From: a virus
Lineage: Duplodnaviria > Caudoviricetes
Strand: one strand, 5' to 3'
DNA: 61,196 bases
IMG/VR virus record: IMGVR_UViG_3300034068_000558
Coordinates: 1 to 61,196 of that record
The position numbers and the translations under genes were made by a program. Below are positions 21,901-28,405 of the stretch, one piece after another; positions within the stretch are counted from its first letter, which is position 1; every line of letters begins with the position of its first letter. Under the pieces are notes generated by a model that was not told where the DNA came from, searched no databases, and worked only from the letters and a program-made list of their open reading frames with translations.

Positions 21901-23153
21901 GTGACACAGAATCACTAGGCAAGTTGGAAGTAATGGCCGCTCGTAAGGTTAAGCTTACGTTCCCAACCCACTCCGATCAGGCAAGCCTTGTTAAGTCCTT
22001 CAACAGGTCACCCTTTGCAATGCTTGTGCTTCCGTTCATTCGATGGAAGTCAGAAGTTCTTCGCACGATGTTCAACACGGTGCCCCTTGCAATGGAAGAA
22101 ATCAATTCCGGTAACGCAACAATTAAAGCTCGCGGCATTAAACGCCTAGTCGGTTTCTCCTCTACCATATTAGGAGGGGGCACTGCTTTCGGTCTTGTGT
22201 TCGGGACTTTGTTTACTCTGCTTGCTGGTTCCGGCGACGACGAAGACAAGGATAAACAACTAGGTCGGGTGCTTAGTCGTGATGAGATGGGTGCCCTACG
22301 CGAAGGACTGCCTGAGTGGCAGAGGAACCACGGTGTGTTCGCCCGATTGGTTGGCAAGGATGGGGTTCAGGTCATTGACCTATCAAACATCCTACCCTAC
22401 AGTCAGCTTACTGATGTGTTTAAACTCGGTCTAGGCGGTGACGCTAAGGGCATCGCACAGTATCTAGTCAAGGATCTTATTGGCACACAGATCGCAGCGG
22501 GTACTCTCATTGAAGCCGCCAACAACACAGACGATTTTGGTAATCCAATCGTAATGCAATCTGATAATGCCCTGGCTTCTTTCGTGAAGCTTAGTAGTTA
22601 CGTAGGTAAGAACGCCTTCCAGCCCTCGGCGTATAAAAAACTAAAAGATATATTACGTTACGGGCAGCAAGATGCGACGTTGCTTATTGCTGGAGAACTT
22701 ACAGGTGCAAGACCTATGGTCCATAAACTTTCGGACATTGAGTACAGGGCAATGAATAAGATCAAGACTACGATGGATGAGAATGTATCTATGCTCAGTC
22801 CGCTGTCTGCCGCGAAAGCCTTTGACCCGAAGGAGGCTGAAGCACTAATAGACAAACACCAGACGGCTTCGAACACTACTCAGAAACGCTTGTATAACTT
22901 CATGCAGAACATGAAGTCGATGGGGTCAACCGAAGAGAGCTTGTTGCTTACTGGTGACAAGGTTCGCATCAGTGAGTTGCGCCTATCCAATGCACTCATG
23001 GGCCGCAATAGCCCTTGGATTCCAAACGCTGCGTGGTTTAACAAACTAATTCAGAACAAAGAAAGGGGCGGGGAACAAGATCCCAACCCCCTAATTGATG
23101 AGGTCGTCAGAGTTGTGAGCAATAAAGCTGACCAATCCTTAACGACTTATTAA
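9969..23153 (+). CDS. Giant 4394-aa polyvalent/internal virion protein with a zincin metallopeptidase domain
   Basis: Gly-rich hydrophobic N-terminal helices, LLHELIHAAT (~18264), degenerate DEELAHL, C-terminal region resembling large polyvalent protein domains. Confidence 0.75.
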   Translation: MLEIKSYDDWTDTEEELQAEPVENLKRYANYVRSGYYKAGMLNEDNEKEIIYGVKERAYSDGLITGAMSKEEQDSYISTIVGPSQNADANARFVLDHLRTGSESGIDPKDTKVSTLSSYLAFKQAAPDQPSDLQPLVDELLSDTALIKRAKMSAVDRGEYSVAAIDEDDGGRSLYTGPTAKPDSIKGEVDSLLASGALSPSDLYRVDKAVSPINGGLSNTSENFRYEMFRRTVSTLAKTDKDLGDLIESSASKTREEKLAEQRTTGESVWEGVKTAVAYPFLKLADVVEFAGDFVTGEEDVAPAFKPETKVSDALAENDEIRKKFSAEEIEKFSADLTTTAAGAPYRADRPESGVSSDSMGNIIIAPQLLANKQLFETAVTAAPLNAEQQTQARAERKVLLTRSAPELLRVILEEEPEAVGALAKAKASGLSNEQFIEQWVSTPQNYDGFNARLEQFGKSAWKTVAEIPVGIAALSGNEWAAKYLGGLAKDQARREEYSRLFGDEFGVGFQIINAVPQVAADIGLTIGTGGLFAGAKTLVKTASLSSRSLLRASTKFALSNVDEAATLAYRGAAVAGGEANIGSAIQKIGASLATNFAEQAPVFTTAFVRSASSTYGSLYSQLPDTLSHEEKHKNALGYSLAAGLSTGVITAGMGFLGRGGVEEIATKRVRAMLAGETDESILASGAKVVPVDKMNYRQAKQVYENLKNESRIVSDATFQKAMRGAIGSTYKNWLRTTLKGGLNESIEEAMDQGIQMKLEDASLDKETPLAQRVSQVFTAGLIGGTMGGAMGGATQFGKVKKSEMALVYEGRASALDNVVKDLRKNNSGVTADFVERMMDDARAKANAATQADVLAQTTAAKAKETEATANVKEKPVVPIDTFLQAFFGKPKEAAVEQPETTTFLNDLIGESVSVGQFSGTLEMADDGENVRLKLDKPYKQKGGDPVTHMGLGPRLQKAEGYITKYPTLMRTGDDVFGVKAGTPYFLVGSTKEKFAARPLADGVTVDDRFTVLRDDEGVVRSITIKDAVSLKNGKISMPVSLTGAFILRAFAKEYGIDVSTQAPAPEGQQQFSFAEGEIKDTEPPVEEEAAKGTEGQMEFDLDRTPEQQATQAVFDRFDSEIADLKEKIKDPSINDVRRERLQDRLKGLQKARRNYDSETIQMGALSPDEQARYNSTDVEWNAKLDLIRNAYDVNPNVAEATKRILAAPLRNKIGSTIAFGDLDYDTLEAVRDMADDIISFANDEDNQVSDKVRSQTLSFYSNLLSRIDIAREFIDERDIDLIKQELENEDFRVTQQLQKPEPKPYPVTNTLHYLISKGKLKTVDIVAGLEAEGAGESLTRMTLTGFKYFPVEREIEFTDADGNVIYFPLGSVDVSSKEIQKKLAQNEVKAKEFIKQEKLAAKATNKTPELEPESEEEAEPEAPLDERVTGFLNLVNDYVNKFNELNSRVTLLKRSKTDQARVKDELKALRAGANNAIKEELTSLVGEIKSRNDLQEDLRSEMIDQISVSIFGKGGFTPVSGSRAQFGKIIEPSLAFKTTAVDYPADRFRSGTQEEALFNLLVGAGQVVNLPTTGATIAAATSMYTTSNGLIKRPAFSEAVVEQVTEEGQEVARPNSYIRDKNNLLRERVHKAYPPLGSIQYKAEGPQGTKVNPKLEAQLRSKQVELSNIKTKAEAKGYDASDKIAVLSKEIAELKKQVKDVPKYKIGRDSYDMVRSQDVTDLFYPVTVYEINGETKTFGVFTNDIEITRAQIARGLHIVIPPNFKGVLNPAIHVAQDGVTVDGYYEPLRDSFVPMGQFRSKLDTRRNSGEEPIDKTRATKYDARAELLVNNMVPPMINRDYESRTSGLIQTVFDGAKRFLYSNAFSPTPDAKLPLTTKGIEDAASDALIDFTSQLNEFLLARHIVTKVIGSLDWKNKIKSQEGQELITRALGGNSSDINFSDLPKELRRLLIKEDSGNLTDAVKGTNLSRYVREMFNGLDDATIAKNIVKMDIGFGGGDPTSIMTGYGMYLFQNATSIQGSFFTVPNPREYLVRTKAIGDKTVKVLGKDFSTIANKHAKRERAEAEELPSISIDAIEEAFGGDFEFSELIGAGARPDWQILLDATQRQKEMGLSLSDYTDNSFNELFEILVSANGHVFNDRGSMLASELMAAVKGDKELGKTFRDIAKMVGLDTPAELAKISDEFLINVLSKKISDDALFKTNNGYAGIVMSQLSETEVGQRAAGLMILKGWLPPVMIEGKRVPLRAPAERISKAPAAPPTPPNASPVGFVIREKAKEVSAAEATGGYVTTIEEAEAYEANKNVALARVADTIVKLGEEKAIALQTIEEARNHISSGFKMLKAVIQPEAGENVLELAKNDFWTNSATVSSVISDFTREQIATIADEISSLEVKLSNYEKLQKAGQKGRNKDLSRIDRQIKKYVKALADPRLPDDSDEKTIFSQKYDELNSLKYHITFNGQFVIDGLNSSISLKQKEIDRINKAVGNGATVLDNVINDIESSLQQLNDNRDYISRLSDKSKSVVDNEIKHVEYLMGLPEWKSLAVATANHPAALKFKADLTLEQRSRVDKYNTSLKVKQDYDAFAAQQKENLRAALVANGVGIFNSGLLTTYVDPVDVVRPEFFEEETTPRPQAEIDESVRLFAQAISPARPTNRKSIDFALSTLDPSLREAARQENTRMMNELGLVSGDSDSILRALSVLSNRGTAQQQAIVSILSAAPDLIRSVNIGIVDMQAGFAGLYDKSNNTILLNLSEHNGRGLADVLLHELIHAATVRVINNPTTAQQRVAVQRLEQIRNFALAAAVKKGTDTDPTMQLGLSTVEEFVTYALTAPEFMSLLNGLTKPQERTIIRRMIDAVLSIFGFEPKSRQQTSNAIDELLDFTKMSLAHSNTFNMDARWASTLRNEPSENAKASNITRLKSAQKIQQTLRNVAEDSDTILFAGGRAKPITLLSNTEEIDAQVRFTPEERSRWASLRKAAIQEFETNVDIAVDKLDEPDPDEADAWKGIKPVQEITRIEDAWRNEINGIIKRAGVDVAALNQRFEDRMARLRRGNLTQLEVNEFNLSLLPQTFFFTGPYPMMDMGQDTPKSRIDLSVAMPIMGRGEDFEAGLASLYKALAPSLRSSDVEHRVAASRFIKAYIEAFAPEEQIEKARKAFTEVDRTLYVRGSEGKGQGTVDAISEIQRILPEGITLEFDNTMLGQLGARRTRPNSIIVNPDTVNDLVYNLTPANARSAVRTFVDEELAHLASYRTFTEDDFVSIAAGMGESMRNLVADMLYSNSESDFAKRQAMIAADLESGALRESDIAAEWVRSEMTRIAVGRSREENLSFLRTNPSLLAKFVEAVRAFMTKLKAQFAINPTASTAAKISMASREFRSLRNGGVLPAPEPSTAGEMGDVTHFINAVEGNVVEGQEDRTEFDLPIASTNPSKVAAFWEKATQKMYDMPLELRKYVSQRDGTISNIEYTMWDFAKKYPKLRDAALNAGVAIDDIGTILGTTAPAVQGEARKELQRQVRQFKADNAEDPNLERMAEDYEEKLTQPIADQFYAEFRKNQKAVEDQLRAKGFSALVDYLVEFRQEINKVKAIINFDDTNDVYLTRTFSYFTTEGWSLAAKSGGVIEIDGKTVDFSKLRAAAATHFEWEVLNDAKNEGQTLTEDQVARKTLEALDKYLIKLDTEAKQSKESGTMNTIKRDVNRLLRKKDFDEPLRELLGEVTDPFENAVRTIYSVGRLAANDRFLRGFARQAIKSELASKEPKDGMVLLFPPSENAELGDLAGLYVRSDVAAAIRQELGPKNRDQETRSMEIMNNFGRMVSKVSGVSVVTQTLGSVGFYPRNILGGMALSTAQGIINPIYMREAAKLAIRANLLASDSQETRDAIRRLTELQIVRDETRGRMAMDMFRGFAATTDEQLEELLNDIVEAQASGNIDKIAKKLNIKKEVLSKAGSVVDILAGFNNIIDSAFKINAYMYELDTLKAAYGDTESLGKLEVMAARKVKLTFPTHSDQASLVKSFNRSPFAMLVLPFIRWKSEVLRTMFNTVPLAMEEINSGNATIKARGIKRLVGFSSTILGGGTAFGLVFGTLFTLLAGSGDDEDKDKQLGRVLSRDEMGALREGLPEWQRNHGVFARLVGKDGVQVIDLSNILPYSQLTDVFKLGLGGDAKGIAQYLVKDLIGTQIAAGTLIEAANNTDDFGNPIVMQSDNALASFVKLSSYVGKNAFQPSAYKKLKDILRYGQQDATLLIAGELTGARPMVHKLSDIEYRAMNKIKTTMDENVSMLSPLSAAKAFDPKEAEALIDKHQTASNTTQKRLYNFMQNMKSMGSTEESLLLTGDKVRISELRLSNALMGRNSPWIPNAAWFNKLIQNKERGGEQDPNPLIDEVVRVVSNKADQSLTTY

Positions 23154-23233
23154 GTAGTTAACTATATCCAATAGGAAACAAACTACAATCCACAGGAACC
23201 AGCCCCCGATAAGGAGGAAGCAAAGTATGCCCA

Positions 23234-23422
23234 TTACTTTGCCCCTCCTCTAGCTGCTTGCATTGTGAGTAGTGCTGCCTGCATTGCCTTGAGTTCTTTG
23301 GTTGATCGCTCGTTGAACCAACGCATCATCTGGCTTTTCTCTGCAAACTTCTGGTGGGGCGATGCGTAAGTCTTCTTGCTAGCAATTGAAGACGTAAAGG
23401 AATCTAGTTTCTTTGTAGTCAT
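23234..23422 (-). CDS. Hypothetical protein
   Basis: ORF with ATGA overlap. Confidence 0.55.
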   Translation of the reverse strand: MTTKKLDSFTSSIASKKTYASPHQKFAEKSQMMRWFNERSTKELKAMQAALLTMQAARGGAK

Positions 23423-23637
23423 TTGAGTTTTAGTTTAGTGCCGAAGTTGTTTACCTTAACGGTCCACTTGTTACTGCGCCCGTCGTGTCGATCATGCCCA
23501 ACCATGATGTGTCCGTTGTTCATCTCAAGCTGTATACCACACGCGCAGTTAAGGTCGGCGGTATGGTGGTGGCCCGTATCCTTAAACGGTATGCTGTGTA
23601 TCTGACTATTGTTATGGTGTGCTTTCGTTATCTTCAT
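23419..23637 (-). CDS. His/Cys-rich small protein (putative metal-binding)
   Basis: HHHTADLNCACG...GHDRHDGR. Confidence 0.6.
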   Translation of the reverse strand: MKITKAHHNNSQIHSIPFKDTGHHHTADLNCACGIQLEMNNGHIMVGHDRHDGRSNKWTVKVNNFGTKLKLK

Positions 23638-23650
23638 TGTATTATATTTA

Positions 23651-23941
23651 TTAGTCGTTGAGTTCATCAAGCTTGATAGCCCCGTCGATGTAGCACTCAA
23701 GCTCATCGCTCAGTCTAGCCATGTGGCTGTCGGAGAACCCGTCATTGGGGAAGTCACATGCTGTGATGACCGTATCAACAAAGACACGGACAACACGGGC
23801 TAGCTTCAATGCGGGGGACTTGACTGACAGCCCGTTGATGTATGCCGTTACCGTCAAGCCGTGTCTGCCTTCTTCGCAGCACACGTTGATGACCGTATGG
23901 CCTGCGTCAAGTTGAGTATATTTTGTTTTTGTGTTGTTCAT
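23651..23941 (-). CDS. Hypothetical protein
   Basis: ORF with an A-rich leader. Confidence 0.65.
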   Translation of the reverse strand: MNNTKTKYTQLDAGHTVINVCCEEGRHGLTVTAYINGLSVKSPALKLARVVRVFVDTVITACDFPNDGFSDSHMARLSDELECYIDGAIKLDELND

Positions 23942-23971
23942 ATTGTTATGGTTGGGTGGGAGTTGATGGGA

Positions 23972-24655
23972 TCAGAGCGTGCGGAACTTGTCAAGGTGAT
24001 TTAAAGCGTCACCTACTATTGTGTCGATGGTCCCATAGGTATCGTATATATCTAGTATGCGTTTACGCTCCTCGACATTAAACGAATTGATTAGTTTTAC
24101 CATAGCGAGCAGGGGATTATCAATGGTCGTGCGCTCGCACACCCATCTAATGAGATTGGTGGATGCAAGGGTGTTCCTTCTATTATAGCAAAGGCCTATA
24201 AACGAATTGTCTTGTGACCTACCCGCAATCATTAGTCGCTTTGTCATATCATCATCGAGGGGGTCTATGCCTACTGTATCAATGCCGTATGCAATTGACA
24301 CAGTAGGCACTGATACCAAGTAGGTAGTAAGTAGTGGTGAAGGGGTGCGGCTGTATAATCGGAACGGGTCATTGGCCCCCAGCAATTGCTTAGCTAGCGG
24401 AGAGTATATTGATAAGGGTCCCACCCATCCACGTTGTAAGAATACAACTTGATAGCCTTGTACCTTAACAACATATGAGTCTAGCCCGCCGCAATTTTTT
24501 TGTGCCTTAAACATACTAATAACAAAGTCAGTAAGGCGAACAGCGGAGTCATCTCCGTTCACGATATCTCTCTGCCACTGCAAGATGTCTTGCGTGATTT
24601 CTTCTTCGCTATTGATCTTATATTTATCTGTAAAGTTTCTCTTAAGTTTTTCCAT
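23972..24655 (-). CDS. Hypothetical protein (AT-rich)
   Basis: 227-aa ORF with an A-rich leader. Confidence 0.7.
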   Translation of the reverse strand: MEKLKRNFTDKYKINSEEEITQDILQWQRDIVNGDDSAVRLTDFVISMFKAQKNCGGLDSYVVKVQGYQVVFLQRGWVGPLSIYSPLAKQLLGANDPFRLYSRTPSPLLTTYLVSVPTVSIAYGIDTVGIDPLDDDMTKRLMIAGRSQDNSFIGLCYNRRNTLASTNLIRWVCERTTIDNPLLAMVKLINSFNVEERKRILDIYDTYGTIDTIVGDALNHLDKFRTL

Positions 24656-24679
24656 AGTATTATATTTTTTAGTGTTGGT

Positions 24680-24709
24680 GCTCCAGCTATGCGGTAAGCT
24701 ACGCAGTGG
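24680..24709. repeat. 30-bp intergenic repeat, copy 1
   Basis: 27/30 identical to 27133-27162. Confidence 0.85.
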
Positions 24710-24714
24710 TTTGT

Positions 24715-26157
24715 TTACAGTTCGGTGATGGCAAGAGCAGTGCCGACCTTGAAGTCAGAGGCGGGCCGCTGAGTGGTTAGCCAGAGCAGGGGGAAGTCTA
24801 CTTGTGGCAGTGATGTCAGGTCGCTTGACCACCCGTCAGTCAGGTACACCATGACATCCATGTCGTAAACGTGTTCGGCTACCCAGTCGAAGGCGGGCTT
24901 GAACGCTGTGCCACCCCCACCCTTCAGCCTGTCAGGCACTGTGTCGCCTGTCTCAAGAGAGACGACATCGGCTACGACATGGGACACAGACAGTAGGTGC
25001 AGACGCTCCGGCTTGAGCTCGTCGAGGATGCACTGCGCTTCTTGCAGGAAGCGGTCATACGTGCGCTGTCCGATTGAGCCGGAGGTATCAAGCACCAGCA
25101 CGATCTCACCTGCCTTCTTGTTACGCCTGCCTGCACCCACTACTCCTGTTGTGGAATAGACCGGAGCATTGAACGGCGCGTCCCATCCGCAGCGTGAACG
25201 ATTGGTGAGCCACTCACGCAGCAGGTCGGGCCAACCTAACGTCGAGCCGTAGCCACGCTGGCTACCGACACGTTGTCCGGTAGATCCGCCGCTCGCTTGC
25301 TGTCTCCTATCAATCTCGTCAGCTATTAGGATACGGTCGTTGTCCTCCTCAATCTTGTCGATTGCTTCGGCTTGTGTCTCACCATCCTCTGCTTCCGGTT
25401 CGATGTTGTCTGGCGAGCCAGTACCTACGAAGTCGGACAGGTCATCGTCATCGGGGGAACTACCCGATCCATCATCAGCATCGTCACTCCCTGTATCCTC
25501 ACCGCTATCAGAGTCTTGCTCCTCTTCTCCTGATTCGGAAGGCGTGTCCTCTTGCCCTTCAGAATCCTTATCCTCGTCGCCATCATCTGCTTGCTCATCG
25601 TCGGTATCGTCGTCGGTATCGTCGGGGTCTTGGCATGTATCTTCATTGGTTTGTTCTGGATTAGGTTCTGGTTCTGGTTCAGGGGGTTGCGGCTTAGTCA
25701 ACTCACGGTAGAGTTGCTCAGCGGACTTGTCACCGGACAGGGCTTCGTCGAGTAGCACACCTTCGATGAAGGGGAACACCTCCCGCTTGAGCTCACGGTT
25801 ACGCATCGCGATCATCGCATTGATGACGTAGTCCGCTGCGACGTTGGCAAGCGTGGAGTCCTTCAGCTTAGCCAGTCTCCAGCCGTGGCCCAATAGGGCG
25901 TGCAGTGCCTCATGCACCAGCAAGAAGGCAATGAGTCCCGAAGGGTTGGGTTGGCGGCATAGCTTGGCGATGCCCTCCTTGTTGAGCAGCAGGCGGCGAC
26001 CATCCGTTGCCCCGTATGGGATAGCGGTTGACCACTCCCACTCCATCGACATGAGCTTGCTGTATGCGAGGAACCAGTGGCGACTGACGCTACGCATGGC
26101 AGCGGCAAGCGGATGTTCCGAAGGAAACGATGTTGGATCTATTGTATTTGATTTCAT
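24715..26157 (-). CDS. DUF2201-like metallopeptidase + acidic linker + VWA domain
   Basis: ATDG, HEALH, NVAADYVIN; MIDAS DTSGS, GGGT, TDG. Confidence 0.9.
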   Translation of the reverse strand: MKSNTIDPTSFPSEHPLAAAMRSVSRHWFLAYSKLMSMEWEWSTAIPYGATDGRRLLLNKEGIAKLCRQPNPSGLIAFLLVHEALHALLGHGWRLAKLKDSTLANVAADYVINAMIAMRNRELKREVFPFIEGVLLDEALSGDKSAEQLYRELTKPQPPEPEPEPNPEQTNEDTCQDPDDTDDDTDDEQADDGDEDKDSEGQEDTPSESGEEEQDSDSGEDTGSDDADDGSGSSPDDDDLSDFVGTGSPDNIEPEAEDGETQAEAIDKIEEDNDRILIADEIDRRQQASGGSTGQRVGSQRGYGSTLGWPDLLREWLTNRSRCGWDAPFNAPVYSTTGVVGAGRRNKKAGEIVLVLDTSGSIGQRTYDRFLQEAQCILDELKPERLHLLSVSHVVADVVSLETGDTVPDRLKGGGGTAFKPAFDWVAEHVYDMDVMVYLTDGWSSDLTSLPQVDFPLLWLTTQRPASDFKVGTALAITEL

Positions 26158-26214
26158 ATATTTTTATTTAGGTTAGGTGGGGGAGGGGTCGGACCTCCCG
26201 TTACAGGTTACAGG

Positions 26215-27096
26215 TTACAGTCCTAATGCTGCGAGCGTCTCGTCCGCTTTGCTGATTGCCTTGTCTGCTTTCGCGGCGATGACTGCCCGTTCATCTCTTG
26301 TCGGTATCCCGATTGGCAGTGCCGCTGCATCGGCGGCAAGTCTTACTACCTCATCGATCTCGGGCAGGTCAAGGAAGTTTAGATTCTTCACACGCTTTGC
26401 CTCCTCACGCAGCTTGTCAAACTGTGTCAGGTGCAGGCGGTCGGCGTTACGCATCGCATCGGTGAAGTCCTCGATCACTTTCTTGAGGTCACGAACAGGG
26501 CCAGCATGGGATACGCGGAAGTCCTCTTCGATCTGACGTTGGCTGTCTGCCCTTACCCGATTAGCTACCTCCTCGGTTAAGCCAGTGAGCACTGCTTCGT
26601 TGACGGACACCGGACGATTGATGACGGACAAGCGCATCGTGAACTTGCTCGCCACTTCCGTAGCAGTGGGGATGCTGACCTCGTTGGCAAAGCCAGCAAG
26701 CCTGCCCTTGATAATGCTAAGCAGGTCAGGATACGTAGCAAGGATGTCCTCACGAATCGTATCGAGCTCCACCATCGCATCATCGAACACGTTCTGCACT
26801 TCACCCACGTCCTTCACACGGAGGTAGAACCCGCCAGTCTGGCAGAGCATACCGAAGCGGCGAACCGCGACTCCGGTACGTTGCTGCAAGCTGATCGCCT
26901 TACCTACCGCCGTGCCCTTAGCGGCAAGGATGGTATTGTAAAGGCGAGCCGCATCCTTCTCCGCTCCGGCTGATGTGGTTGCACGGGCCGAAGCGGAGCG
27001 GTTGAGTGCGGTGGTTGCAGGTGCTGTCGTCGCATAGTGGCAGAGCACAAGGGATTGAGCGACCTTCAGGTTCAGGGATGTATTGGTTGTTGTCAT
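26215..27096 (-). CDS. DUF3150-like helical protein of the MoxR/VWA operon
   Basis: Position between MoxR and VWA genes; YP...IPTATEVASKF pattern. Confidence 0.6.
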   Translation of the reverse strand: MTTTNTSLNLKVAQSLVLCHYATTAPATTALNRSASARATTSAGAEKDAARLYNTILAAKGTAVGKAISLQQRTGVAVRRFGMLCQTGGFYLRVKDVGEVQNVFDDAMVELDTIREDILATYPDLLSIIKGRLAGFANEVSIPTATEVASKFTMRLSVINRPVSVNEAVLTGLTEEVANRVRADSQRQIEEDFRVSHAGPVRDLKKVIEDFTDAMRNADRLHLTQFDKLREEAKRVKNLNFLDLPEIDEVVRLAADAAALPIGIPTRDERAVIAAKADKAISKADETLAALGL

Positions 27097-27132
27097 AATG
27101 TTACTGTCTATTTTGTTTTGTTGTTAATGAAC

Positions 27133-27162
27133 GCTTCAACTATACGGTAAGCTACGCAGTGG
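27133..27162. repeat. 30-bp intergenic repeat, copy 2
   Basis: Match to 24680-24709. Confidence 0.85.
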
Positions 27163-27163
27163 A

Positions 27164-27184
27164 AAGTCAAGACGGTCTTGACTT
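27164..27184. promoter_or_regulatory. Palindrome GTCAAGAC-N-GTCTTGAC (also at 28389-28405 and 30962-30978)
   Basis: Three perfect copies, each next to a stop codon. Confidence 0.75.
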
Positions 27185-28271
27185 ATCCGAGGATCAAGGC
27201 ATGGGACTTAGGGTGCTCACTCAACGGGATGCCCCTACGTTCAGCGGAACGGGCACCGAACTCGCGGATGTCGCCTCTGCATTTAAGCAGTAGCGTAACA
27301 AGCCAGTCGAACCCGCCACTGTGCACCGCAATCGGGATGTCCTTCACGCCCCTCGTTGCCTGACTCAAGCAAGCGGAGACAAGAGCGAACTGCGAGGCCG
27401 GATCATCCGGCACTGTGAACCCGTCAGGGTTAGCACGAAGGGCGGCGATGTCAGGCAGCTTGTCAACGTGCTGCAAGAATGCGAAGAAGGCTGAAGCGGC
27501 ACGGCCACCAATGCTACCCTTCACCGCCTTACGGTAGATGTCTTGTGCTGACTTACGGATGGGCTCAAGCAGTGCGACTGCCTCCCATGTCCGAGGACAA
27601 GGATGCGGTGCACCGTCGTAGGGCATGACGACAGGCGGGTTGAAGTGGTCAAGCCCATCGCCTCCTGTCGTGCCGAAGCGGAGGAATGCCGGAACGTGTG
27701 AGCCGCTTGCCACTAGCTTCGCTTCGCCGTCATACCAGTCGAGCCAGTCGGTTACGTTGGGGTCGAGCGTCACCTTGATGCATCGCTCGGTGAACGGGGC
27801 ATCCTCCACAGCGGAGCGGGTTCCGTCCTGTCTACGGTTAGTGGCACACACAACGAAGACGTTAGTGCCTAAGGTATGAGACCCCACCTTCCGGTTACCG
27901 GATGCAGGGTACAGGCTACGGAGCAAGGCTCTGACTTGGGGGTCGTAGTCATTGACCTCGTCGAGGAACAGGAGCACCGGACGGTCACCGACTCGATCAA
28001 GGGTCGGCCAGATTTCCGGTGCGGAGAACCATGCGTCCCTTGTAGCGGAGTCAGGCACAAGGTAGCCGACAGTTTCCTGCGGGCCCTGACCGTTGAGGTT
28101 AACGTCCCACACCTCACGCCCCATAGCGGGGCCGAGGACATTGCAGACCATTGAGGTCTTGCCCGCACCCCCTGATCCTACGATCATAAGGAAGCGGTTC
28201 ACCAGTAGCGCGGCCTCAGCAAGGGGCAGCAGTTCGGATGGGCGGATTGGATTGATGTTGTTCGTTGTCAT
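27183..28271 (-). CDS. MoxR-family AAA+ ATPase
   Basis: GSGGAGKT, LFLDE, ATNR, CPRTWE. Confidence 0.9.
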   Translation of the reverse strand: MTTNNINPIRPSELLPLAEAALLVNRFLMIVGSGGAGKTSMVCNVLGPAMGREVWDVNLNGQGPQETVGYLVPDSATRDAWFSAPEIWPTLDRVGDRPVLLFLDEVNDYDPQVRALLRSLYPASGNRKVGSHTLGTNVFVVCATNRRQDGTRSAVEDAPFTERCIKVTLDPNVTDWLDWYDGEAKLVASGSHVPAFLRFGTTGGDGLDHFNPPVVMPYDGAPHPCPRTWEAVALLEPIRKSAQDIYRKAVKGSIGGRAASAFFAFLQHVDKLPDIAALRANPDGFTVPDDPASQFALVSACLSQATRGVKDIPIAVHSGGFDWLVTLLLKCRGDIREFGARSAERRGIPLSEHPKSHALILG

Positions 28272-28405
28272 ATTATTTTTGTTTCGTTTTGTTGGGTTGG
28301 CAGGGGGTCGGACCCTGCCGGAGAGTCTTGTAATTCAGTTTGCTTTTGCCGTCAAGAATTTATTTCCAATTATTTCTGAGGTGGTTTAGTCAAGACCGTC
28401 TTGAC

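Noticed and set aside
10322-22876. Many antisense and alternate-frame ORFs inside long genes
   Set aside because: Shadow ORFs with no motifs or expression signals.
9969-23153. Giant protein as an N4- or crAss-type virion RNA polymerase
   Set aside because: I found neither a DFDGD-type motif nor T7-like polymerase motifs by eye, and the late promoters are sigma70-type. Only a structure search could exclude it fully.
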